Assembly: GCF_000485595.1 (NCBI RefSeq)
Contig: NW_014577069.1
Span: 1,050,794 to 1,091,501 of the forward strand
Source: Priapulus caudatus
Taxonomy: Eukaryota
DNA length: 40,708 nucleotides
Direction: 5' to 3'
The position numbers and the translations under genes are program-made. Position 1 is the first letter of the stretch; each line of letters starts with the position of its first letter. Under the pieces are notes generated by a model. It was not told the DNA's origin and did not search any database. It worked only from the letters and a program-made list of their open reading frames with translations. Of this stretch, positions 26,925 through 37,703 are shown one piece after another.

Positions 26925-29784
26925 ATTTATCTTTCTCTTTCCGCTTCCTTCTCTTTCTTCTCTCTCTCTTCTTTTTGCTTTCTCTCGCTATTTTCTCTCT
27001 TCTCTTCTTTATCTCTCTCTCTCTCTCTCCTCTTCCTCTCTCTCTCTCTCTTTCTCTATCTCTCTCTCTCTACTATTTCTTTTTTCTCTATCTCTATTCA
27101 CTCTTTTACTGACTCTCAGTCATCCCATTCTTATCTTTTCATTACTAGTGTTCACTTATTGATGTCGATGCCACAATTGTATACTTATTAGTATAGTCTA
27201 TATTTCAAGCAAAGGTTGCAAAGTGAACAAGCGGGCTTTTGTGTTGAGTCTAACCGATATGACTCACTGCGTTGTTGTTGAGGCAGCCCTCCAATCTACG
27301 CGCAAAGTTGTCGGTGTATATGCATTGGTCAGAGAAACAGGATCTATGCATGATGTTCCAAATCATCAATTTCCGTCTGTTCATACCTTGTGCTTAGATA
27401 ATAATATTATGTTCCCGCTGATCCAACAGTATTTTAAATAGGAGGGTCGTCATTACTAATTATGGAATTGGCAGAAGTATTGAAGTGCAGGAAGCATACG
27501 GAAACAGGTGCGTCATCCGTAGTGCGCGGTGTACAGTTTATAATTAAGATCATAAGCTGCTATCCGGCGATCTATGTACCACCACCCCCCCCCCCTCCCA
27601 CCTACACTGCTGAACGGTTCTAGAATCTTTCACGGCAGTACATACATACTACATACATACATACATACATACATACATACATACATACATACATACATAC
27701 ATACATACATACATACATACATACATACATACATACATACATACATACATACATACATACATACATACATACATACATACATACATACATACATACATAC
27801 ATACATACATACATACATACATACATACATACATACATACATACATACATACATACATACATACATTCATTATTAACCTCTGATATATATACTAATCTGT
27901 TACACACGTGTATACCTACAGATAATAGATGGTTTATCTGAATTTCACCAAACCGTACCACTCCTAAAATGTACAACAGCATAAACTTTTGATAATTGAA
28001 CTAAACGTAACGTGACGATGGTACGCGCATGAGCAAGATGATTTGATCTTATACTCAGTATTAACTGTACCAATCTGCTACGCGCGTGTATACTTTCAGA
28101 TGCATTTTAGATATATAGTCTACCCGAGTTTCACCAAAACCGTACAACTGCTAAAAAAGCACAACAACGTGTATTAACTCAACACTCCACACTAAATTTG
28201 ACGTATGATGCGTATACGCGGGATTGGAGCCGAGGCGAGGGCAGTTGTTGATTGTCAAAATGATTGGCTCCCGGCATAAACTAATATTGGATTATTATTT
28301 TGAAATATTGTTTATAGTCAATATATTCAACATATATCAAAGATTGTTATCGTAAGGGAAGGAATGTACGACAAAATTCGTATTTCACCCGGTAGAGCTA
28401 TCAATTAATACCATCATAACTCTATATAATTTTATATCCTTGCTTACTCTAACCCCAGCCGTTAGCTCCATGCTTAACCAAAAACAATAGTCTAAACTTA
28501 CTCCAAACTGAGCCCCCAAAACATGTCTTTATGCATAACCGTAACCAAATTATACGTGAACGTGTAACATTTGGAATACATATCCCTAACCCTACGACAT
28601 ATCTACCACGTACCTGCCAAAACAATCTCCCCACCCATTCCCTAATAGTAATTCCAACCATAACATAATAGCTCTAAGAAACGGTCAAACGGAAATACCT
28701 GTATGTGTATTGTCATACGGCTAGCCATACCCACAACACTGACTGCTTACTAACCTTCTACAACTAGACTACACTAACCTAATCTATTCCTAATCCCCAG
28801 CTCTAGCTCTAACCACGACCATCATAATAGCATCAACGGTAACCATAAGCCTGAGCATATCAGCATGACGTTAAACCTACCCCCTAATCCTAACACAAAC
28901 CTATCTTCACAAGTTCACACGCATAATACGGTAGTTCTTTGATCCGAAACTACCTGTTGCGTAGTGAAGGACTTGCTATACATGGATAGAGCTTACCACA
29001 GGCACTTGGAGCGTTTCAATAAAAAATAATGCTAAATAAATACGAAATCTATTTACTACCAAAGCCTTCATGTTTCTCTACTCTCTTTCGCCTATTATTG
29101 CCGACAATTTCCTGTAAATGCCGTGCAAATGCTCCTCTGCAACACACATGTACACCGCATGCACGCTGCCGCACACTGACACATAAATATATATACGAGT
29201 CTTAGACTTGGCTAGTAAATAATTTCGATTTATTTAGCATATTATATACAGCAAATACTGTGGAGCTTACCCGCGAATACCCTAATGTGGCGTTTTCTCT
29301 TAACGTTTGCAAAGTTGAATGGGTCATAATTAGTTAGCGTATGTTTCACAGATGTTGTTTTTAGCATACGTAGTTTCTGGAAAATAGTTCAACGTAGGAG
29401 TAGGGGTGTGAAACATACGCTACCATTATATCAATCAATTTAAAAGATTGAAATTAGAACAACGTTTAGTAACGCGTGGCGTGTATGTTTCACTTAAATA
29501 TTCATATAGTTGCAGGTTTTTGAGACCGGTTTTTCCAAATAGCTGTCGCCGACAGTTACGCCTATAATACAACTCCATGACGGATATGGTTGGGTCTATC
29601 CGAGTTATGTACTACTGCCCGCACTATGGTGGTCTCACCAGAGCTCTCTCCTATGTTTCTCTATATGTTCCAGCCCTCTATCTAACTATCACTCTTCCCT
29701 TTATTTTCCCTCTCTCGCTCGCTAGCTCTCTCTCTTCTCCTCCTTCTCTTTTCTCTCTCTCACTCACTCTCTCTCTCTCTCTTT

Positions 29785-29826
<42 letters not shown>

Positions 29827-29918
29827 TTAATCTCTCTCTCTTTCTCGCTCCCTTCTCTTCTCTTCTCTCTCTCTCTTTCTTTCTTTCTCTCTCTATTTAA
29901 TCTCTCTCTCTCTATCTT

Positions 29919-29963
<45 letters not shown>

Positions 29964-30526
29964 TTCTCTATCTCTCTCTCTATATCACTCTTTACTGAAC
30001 CTCTCAGTCCTCCCAATCCATCTCTTCCTTACAGTGTTCACTTATTGCTATCATGCACAATTTGTATACCTATTAGCTATAGTCTATATTTACAAGCAAA
30101 GTTTGCAAAGTTTGAACAAGCGGGCTTTTGTGTTGAGTCTAACCGATAATAGACTCACTGCGTTGTTGTTTGAGGCAGCCCACTCCAAATCTACCCAAAT
30201 TTGTCGGTGTATATGCATTGGTCAGAGAAAACTCGGACTTATGCATGAGTTCCCAAACCAATCAATTTCCGTCTAGTCATACCCTTGTGCTTAATAATAA
30301 TATTATGTTCCCCGCATGATCCAACCAGTATTTTAAAATAGAGAGGGATCGTCACTTACTAACTTCTGCTAAATTGGCAGGAAGTATTGTGAAGACAGGA
30401 AGCATACGGAAACCAGTGCGTCATCCGTGGTGCGCGGGTACATTGATTAATAACTTATGACTCAAAGCTGCTATCCGGCGATCTATCGTAACACTGCTGA
30501 ACGGTTCTAGACATCTTTCACGGCAG
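25083..30526. repeat. Tandem indel-rich near-duplicate W (~25083-27638 matches ~27868-30526), separated by a perfect (TACA)n at 27639-27866
   Basis: Shared anchors include cacgtg...cctacagataat, gagaccggtttttcca and acactgctgaacggttctaga...ctttcacggcag. Both copies contain a (CT)n tract. Confidence 0.9.
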
Positions 30527-30990
30527 AGGTGGAGCCAGAGATTGGCCGATACAGGGGCCAAAGTCCCCACCGGGAAGGCCACTTCTTCGCCGGAGGCGAA
30601 TTCCATCCTAATCGTTTTGACCTTGCGCTTTTTCTTCATTTATAGACTGAATTTTAAGTATGTGTACTCGATCCCGAACGGTCATTAATATGATACAGTC
30701 TAGTCATATTATGCGATAACATCAAGAACATGTACGATGTACGGTTCAAGCAACTTCCCGGTTATATGGTCAGATAATTGCACGAATCTTTGCCCGCAAA
30801 TCCATTCACCACTCTAATGCCATCGACGTGCATGACGCACATGGGGCAACATTGCTATTGTTATCACTCCTTCCCAAGTTGCCATCCGTCCGTCTCACCA
30901 TTAGTCTGTCGTGTGGTATCTACAAAGACATTGCAGTTGCTTGTGATTTCAACACATTGTTGCCGATAGTCAGCCAATTTCTTCAATTAG

Positions 30991-31419
30991 TAGGGCAGAT
31001 AAGCACATATGGATTGTGCACTTTTGGTTAGAAATGTGGAACTTTGCACACGCGTACTACATGAGGTCCTGATGAGTTTCCGATATAGTGCCAATAGAAC
31101 AGCGCCGCCTGGTGGCGTACAGTGCCCCCTGGTGGCGCTCAGCGCCCCCTGGTGGGTTAGCGGGTATCGCGATTGGGGTTTTGGCTATAATTTCGATAAT
31201 ACTCATCCATTTTCTTGAATAAATTGAATGCGTATTATTGAAATTATAGCCAAAACCCAAAGAGTGGTGTAACGAAATACCCGTTAACCCGCCAGGGGGC
31301 GCTGTTCAATTGGCACTATATCAGAAAATCTTCAGGACCTAATATTGTATTATGCATGTGCAAAGTTTCACAATTCTAACCAAAAGTGCACAATGTGCCC
31401 ATTTTTATGTGCTTGACTA
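30991..31419. mobile_element. ~430 bp fully palindromic MITE/foldback (TAG...CTA ends, possibly Academ-like)
   Basis: The left arm (aagcacata..attgtgcacttttggttagaa.tgtg.aactttgcaca...ttggggttttggctataatttc) pairs with the right arm (gaaattatagccaaaacccaa...tgtgcaaagtttcacaattctaaccaaaagtgcacaat...tatgtgctt). Spacer is only ~10 bp near 31215. The superfamily call is from recall of terminal motifs. Confidence 0.8.
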
Positions 31420-31697
31420 TAAGTTGTTACTAAAATTATGCTCTCATGCATGTTGAGCTTGGAAAATAAAGTTCTGCAGCTAAATCCTCATTGTGGTAGC
31501 AGGAAACGCCTCGTCGTCCACATTTTCTTAGTATGTGAGTCCACGCGCCACTGTCAATGTAATTGCCGTATATCCGCAATCTTTCATTTGTAAAGAGTTC
31601 GTTGACAATCACACACAAACGCGTACTCCTCACTCATTAATTACATAAAACAAACAAAAACTATAATTATAACCATTATAAAATGCAGTGTCCGTGC

Positions 31698-31957
31698 CAG
31701 GGCCGTAGCCTGTGGGGGCAAGGGGGTAGCTGCCTACCCCTAGATTTTGGAGCAAAATTAAAAAGTAAGCTTAGCTAATAATCGTAAATAACCCTAACGT
31801 GATTTTTCTTTGGTCACTAATCAGTGAAGCCTTGTCTCAGACCCACCCCTACCATGGTATGGATGTCGATCAAGCGCTGCGTCCGTCGCTCATCCTTACA
31901 CAGTTGAGTCATGAAATTTTGCCCCCACTAAAAAAATTTGTTCAGCCTACGACCTTG
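31698..31957. mobile_element. Short-TIR MITE
   Basis: Left end cagggccgtagcctg versus reverse complement of the right end caaggtcgtaggctg (12/15 match), with G-rich and C-rich subterminal motifs (gggggcaa / ttgccccc). Confidence 0.6.
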
Positions 31958-32813
31958 CTTGCTATAGATACGATATGAGAATATTTACAGCCTGCAGTAT
32001 GTTTGACCTTTTCGATGCTTACAATAACCGAGTCTGTATAGATTGGCTCATTTCCGTCAGAATTTAAACTGGTATTTATAAAGATAAAAACTGTCCGCTG
32101 GGAGGGGCATATAATATTATATCAAGAGCGTATAAAGAAGGTCTTAAGAAAATAAAGCTTCTTAATACGCTCTTGATTATATGAGGTGTTGTGTCATTGT
32201 TAAAGTTTCATTTGCCAGCGTGAAATGATATCTTAAATCTGCACAACCATTTTACCTATTTGCTATATATATATATCTCTCCCTTAACTCGAGAGTGATG
32301 TGCATTTCAATAGGCCATGAGCAACGGAGCAGGTTTGACCATGCAATTACACAGAAGGAAGTGAATGGAATGGAATGGATGGAAATGGATGTTACTGTTG
32401 CTGCTGCCGGTGTTGGTGTTGCTTTCGTCGGTGTCATCGTCATCGTTCGTCCTTTGTTGTTGTTGTTGTTGTTTTTGATGCGACAATCTATCCATAAAAA
32501 TCCCCAGATTGCGCGCAGAGTACCACCGTCCGATTAACTGGAATGAAATGTTCTCGCTTCTATGAAGCTACTGATGCACCATTACACATCGTGTGGCTTA
32601 GCAATAACTGTAGTAGGGCCTATTTCCACGAGGAAAGAGGAGGGTCAGAGAGTGGGAGGAAGGGGGAGACAAACGAAGACAGGGAGAGAAGGGTGGAGAG
32701 CAAGATCCGATGAGAGAACGAGAGTTACAGATATAGAGAGACAGACCGAAAGAAAGGGAGAGGGAGAAGGGGGAGCGGGTGGGAGCGATGGGAGAAGGAG
32801 AGAAGGGTAGTAA

Positions 32814-32987
32814 GGCAGATAAGGTCTATGTCCCCCTGACCTCTGTTTGACCTGGCTCGTTTAGCTATTTCTGACTAATATATATATATATATATAATAT
32901 ATATATAGGGTTAGGGTTAGGGTTAGTCAGAAATAGCTAGACGAGCCAGGTCAAACAGAGGTCAGGGGGACATAGACCCTACGAGCC
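32814..32987. mobile_element. 174 bp hairpin MITE with 6-bp TSD (TAGTAA) and a (TA)n plus (TTAGGG)n loop
   Basis: Arms 32823-32878 and 32923-32978 are inverted with one mismatch in 56 bp. Termini are GGC...GCC. TAGTAA occurs at 32808-32813 and 32988-32993. Confidence 0.85.
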
Positions 32988-34379
32988 TAGTAAGGAGGGA
33001 AGGAATTTGATGTTTTTTTCATTTTCATTCCCCGCCGCATCCGCTAGCTACTTTTGAGAGCAATTTTCTCGCACGTACACTATTCGGGACGGTTGTTGTG
33101 AACTCTAGCCACGCATATACTACGCTTGTAGCGGTATGGTCGCGCCTTCTCAGCACCACCAACAACGCTGCAGCCGTTACAGCAGCAATTCTACTAAAAT
33201 GCGCAATATTTGCATTCTCAGCAGAGGGCGTATGCCGGCTCGCAGATGACGCATCGTCACCACACATTACAATAACTACGAAGTAGCCTTTACGACGTAC
33301 TAGTACCGCATATATCCTACGGATCGCCGCGACGCGCATATGCAGGCGCTGCGTAGCTACGTGCGTGACCCGGTCCACGACTTCTAGGTAAAGATTAATC
33401 GCCTTGCCACTCTAAGAATTACTGCGCTTGTGACTGTGGCGGTGATGAATGCGAGCGCGATCGGAACTACGTCATGAACATAAATAGTGGTCGGCTTAGC
33501 TACGATATCCTCTCGACGCTGCAGTATATAGGTACGTATATCTCTTACACACCTACAAACGTCCGCTGGCGCGCCAGCTAGAACGATAACAACTCCTGCG
33601 CTCGTCTATGTATCTACAGCGAATAAAGGACGGACATTGAGTGTGCCCAGCAATAATATATAATTATTGGAGGAGCTTTTGACGTGTGTGCATTGTGTAT
33701 GTGCGCGCGCGGGGCGCGTGTCTGCGTATTATAACTGCTACGTCCGCTAAACAGACGTACGCATGTCGAAGTTGCTTCACACTGGACCCCAGCTGGAGTA
33801 ACGGGTAGGTGATATTAGACTTGAGCGGTTAGTAATGCAACCAAGGCGTCTTGCAGGACCGCCATGCAAGGTCATAGTAATGCATAGCTCTAGGACTATA
33901 GCCCTTGTTGCCACAGACATATGTGACAACAACACTGACCCTGTGGCAACAAGCTATAGGGCTATACTAATAGACCCATGCCCTACTTATAAGCTACACG
34001 AGGGCGGATGTATATATCTAACGCTCTAACCCTTGGCAACGATTGCACGATGATCACAAAACTGCCACGATGGGCAATCACGTGTACAGTAAATTAGTTG
34101 CTTGGAATTCATTACTTTTGCCTGTGCTTATATACGGTTAGGATTAGATTGATAAGCTATATGTGTAATGCGGTAAAGGCACAATGCAAAATGCAATTGG
34201 AAATGGATAATGCGCGAAAGACTCGAGCTGTTTCTAAGGGTGTTAATTATTATTGCTTAGGTGTTAATTGATATTGTTAATTAACAGGCAATTACAATTT
34301 CAAACGTTCAAAACATTTTTGATTGTGGTTTGAACCACAGCTGAATAGTCGCACAATATCTTTCTCGCTCACTCACACG

Positions 34380-34399
34380 CTGTCTCTCTCCCCCCCTCT

Positions 34400-34458
<59 letters not shown>

Positions 34459-34467
34459 CTACACTCT

Positions 34468-34498
<31 letters not shown>

Positions 34499-35830
34499 TT
34501 CCTTTCTCTCTCGCCTCTCCACACTCTCTCTTTCCTCTCTCTCTCTCTTCCTCTCTCTCTCTCTCTCTCCTCTGCCTCTCTCTCTCCCTTCCGTGCGCTG
34601 CTCTCCTTCTATCATTATAAGGTCTTTCGTAATGTCTTAATGCATAATTATTTTCTTTTCATTCTGTTATTGACATCAGCCGGTGTCTATTTCCCTTTTT
34701 ATAATTAATTGAACGTTAAACGTAAGAATATAATGCGTTTTAATTGTCTGTCCTTATTCACTCAGCGATCCTTGCGGCCTACATGGTATAAAACCCATTG
34801 TGTGTATCGTACGTTGGTTCCCATTCTCAGTTTAGCATAGTATTTCCATTTTTTTTTTCTAATTCCTCGAGAGCTAATATAACAACCAGCTAAATAAGTT
34901 TCGCGTTCCAGCTCAGTCACTGATTCAGACGTGTGGGTGGTGGCTGCGTGTCGCTATCTTCATGAGATTTCGCGTGCGGATTTTTCGGCCAAGGATATAG
35001 CCCAGCTGTCTACCATTTGCACATGTCGAACATTGCGAAAATGAATCTGTGGTCAGCCGCTTACATTCCATGAATCCGTTTTTCTCGTTCGTAGCAGTTT
35101 TTGTTTTTATTTGCTTTTATTGCAATAATGTGAGATCTAGACTATGCATATTAATATTATATTTATAGCAATGTCGCCTAGTAGTATATAGTTCTAGCTT
35201 CGATCTTGTTGGGTTATTCTCATCGCATTGATTATAACCAACGTCATAATTTAAGTTAACGAGTTCATAATAAAACGCTGCTTTCCGTGAAATGTCTAAG
35301 TTTCTAAACAGATATGCCGATGAGTAAATTATAGATCGTTAGTTTATATATCGGTTGACTTTGAGCGTTTGGATAGGTGGTGATTATTGGATTGATTCCG
35401 AAATTTCGAAATGTTCAACGTTTTATCTAAAAATCTTAAAGTCGTTTTGCATTGAATTAAAACGCATTTACCTGAAACACGTAGCATTTTAACAGAGAAT
35501 CGAGTGGCTGAGATTTGATCAGGGATCGAGAATAAAAGGCGACTTTGAATAGATTTTTATCAAGATTTTTAGTTATGCTGCGAAGTCAGCATGCAGCTGT
35601 GTAGAATCGCATGATGGTCGCGTTCGGTCCGTCTGTCCGTCAGGGCGTCGTCCGTCCGCTCAACAGTTGGCACAATCTTAACCCGCCGACTTAAAATGTA
35701 TATTTATGCGGCGATTGAATATTCAGCAATCAGAACAGTGCGTTTTTAATCGCCGATTAAAATAGATTTTTAAGGCGCGATTAAATTCAGGGCATTTAGA
35801 ACAGTGCGGTTTTTTAATCGCCGCATTAAA
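34380..35830. repeat. Near-duplicate of ~39570-40708, starting at a (CT)n tract
   Basis: Shared anchors include tctatcattata.ggtc, gagagctaatataacaaccagctaa, tgtgagatctagact and gaatagattttt; differences are mostly small indels. Confidence 0.9.
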
Positions 35831-36668
35831 ATACGTAGAGTTTTGCAACCTCATTAGGGCACCATCATAGCCGCTTTAGCGGGCGTCAATGAAGTGTATC
35901 GGCTTGAAGAGTAGGTTTCCGATTAACGCATTAAAGCCCCGGTCACACTGATCGTAGCGAAATTATTGATTCGTGGTGGACCCATAAATATTATTGGGAA
36001 GAATAAATTACCTATATATACATCTACCCAAACGTGTTGTCGTCATCGTGTGCTCTGATACCGTTTAGTATGATTTATGTTTTAGTATGAAATACGGAAA
36101 TGTCTACTCTATTTCAAATTTCTCTTCCTTCTCATCTCTTCTGCTCACCACACACAACACAAATCACGCACACTCCTCTTGCTCTTCTCAACACAACACC
36201 ATGCCACACACAACACACACACACACACACACACACACACCACACAACCACACAGCACGCACGCACGCCCACGCACGCACGCACGCACAGCACACCACAC
36301 ACACACACACACGACGACCGCTGCGCGGCGCGCGCGGCCGCACCACTGATAAACGGACAACACGTGTGGGTAAATTTATTCTTCCGTAATCTTATCGAAA
36401 TATTTAACCGAAATTAGACTTCATGACGCCGCCTATTAGCGGTTATGAGTGCCCATATGACGGTGCCCAAAACCTCAGACCTAATTATCGCGCTTAAAAT
36501 CTATTTTATCGCCGATTAAATGCCGACTGGTTGTATATGTTCTGAATAGCTGAAATTTTAATCCGCTTAAAATCTGTTATTTGAATCGCTGATTAAAAAC
36601 CACTGTTCTGATGGCCTGCGAATTCAATCGCGCTTATATAATACATTTCTAAACGCGATTAAAATAGG
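35661..36668. mobile_element. ~1 kb long-TIR foldback/MITE with internally repeated aatcgcgattaaaa motifs
   Basis: The left arm (gcgattgaat..cagc.aatcagaacagtg..tttttaatcg, ...gggcaccatcatagccgc...gcgggcgtca) is the reverse complement of the right arm (tgacgccgcc...gcggttatgagtgccc, gattaaaaaccactgttctgat.gc..gaattcaatcgcgc). A cleaner left arm lies at 40631-40708. Confidence 0.75.
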
Positions 36669-36699
36669 TAGGTTTTGCCGGTAATAATGGGCTTCCATA

Positions 36700-36886
36700 C
36701 TAACACACGCGCACGCGCGATGCGCACGACGCACGCCACACCAGCACACACACAGGCACCACACGACACCCACACACACACACGACACACACACACCACA
36801 CAAACAACACGCGACACGCCACGCACACACACCGCGACTACCACACACACAAACACACGCACACGCCACACGCCAAACACACACAC

Positions 36887-36939
<53 letters not shown>

Positions 36940-36976
36940 CACCACGCACATCGCACACGCCACGAACGCTGCCTGC

Positions 36977-37020
<44 letters not shown>

Positions 37021-37095
37021 CACACGCACACCGCCACACGCGCGACACCACACATCACACACATACATAATTACACCACACACACACACACACAC

Positions 37096-37129
<34 letters not shown>

Positions 37130-37130
37130 A
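36700..37130. repeat. Degenerate (CA)n microsatellite
   Basis: Directly visible. Confidence 0.95.
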
Positions 37131-37431
37131 GCTTCTCGAGCCACGCCATGAGCCAGCCTGATGATCTTTTGCTGGTTGACTATGCCAGTTGCTGCACAAC
37201 AATCGATCCAGATTTCAGGCTTGCGCTGCTAGCACTTACACCCACAGTCGTAAGATATGCACTGCATTGTAACCCTTCTTTAGTTTGCTACCTCGCGTTG
37301 ACGAAACTTATGTTATGTTCACTGTTCGACGAATGCTTTTGGCTATAGATTACCAAATTAATGCGGTGTACTTAATGCTGATGAGCGGAATGTACTGTTG
37401 TAAATCTATCGGTCTGTATATAGCCACGTAA

Positions 37432-37703
37432 GGGGTCATTGCCGTAACAGGGTACTACAGAATAGTCTACCCGACGCCTAGTTTTAGCGTTGCTTTTAGT
37501 TTATGGTTCATATTTTTATATGAGGTATGTTTTAGGGTTAGGTTCAGTGCGTTAGAGTAGCGCGTTAGGGTTAGGGTTAGAGTTAGGGTTAGGGTTAGTG
37601 TTAGGGTTAGGGTACACTTCTGTAGTACAAGTCTGGTACACTTTGTGTATACATATATGTACCTCGGGTACATATCTGTAGTACCTGTTACGACAACGAC
37701 CCC
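37432..37703. mobile_element. 272 bp MITE with ~29 bp TIRs enclosing a degenerate (TTAGGG)n array
   Basis: Left end ggggtcattgccgtaacagggtactacaga versus reverse complement of the right end ggggtcgttgtcgtaacaggtactacaga. TTAGGG units at ~37531-37612. Confidence 0.8.

Noticed and set aside
30421..30639. 72-aa minus-strand ORF starting MKKKRKV (SV40 NLS-like)
   Set aside because: Short, no recognisable domain, and partly inside a noisy duplicated segment. A faint L1-endonuclease-like stretch further along (LTNAYTPTN) is too weak to support without a BLASTX search.
31101..31160. 20-bp periodic repeats as a CRISPR-like array
   Set aside because: Adjacent tandem units with no unique spacers, in a eukaryotic context with no cas genes.
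37531..37612. True telomere or chromosome-fusion site
   Set aside because: Short, degenerate, single orientation and enclosed by TIRs, so better explained as transposon-internal.
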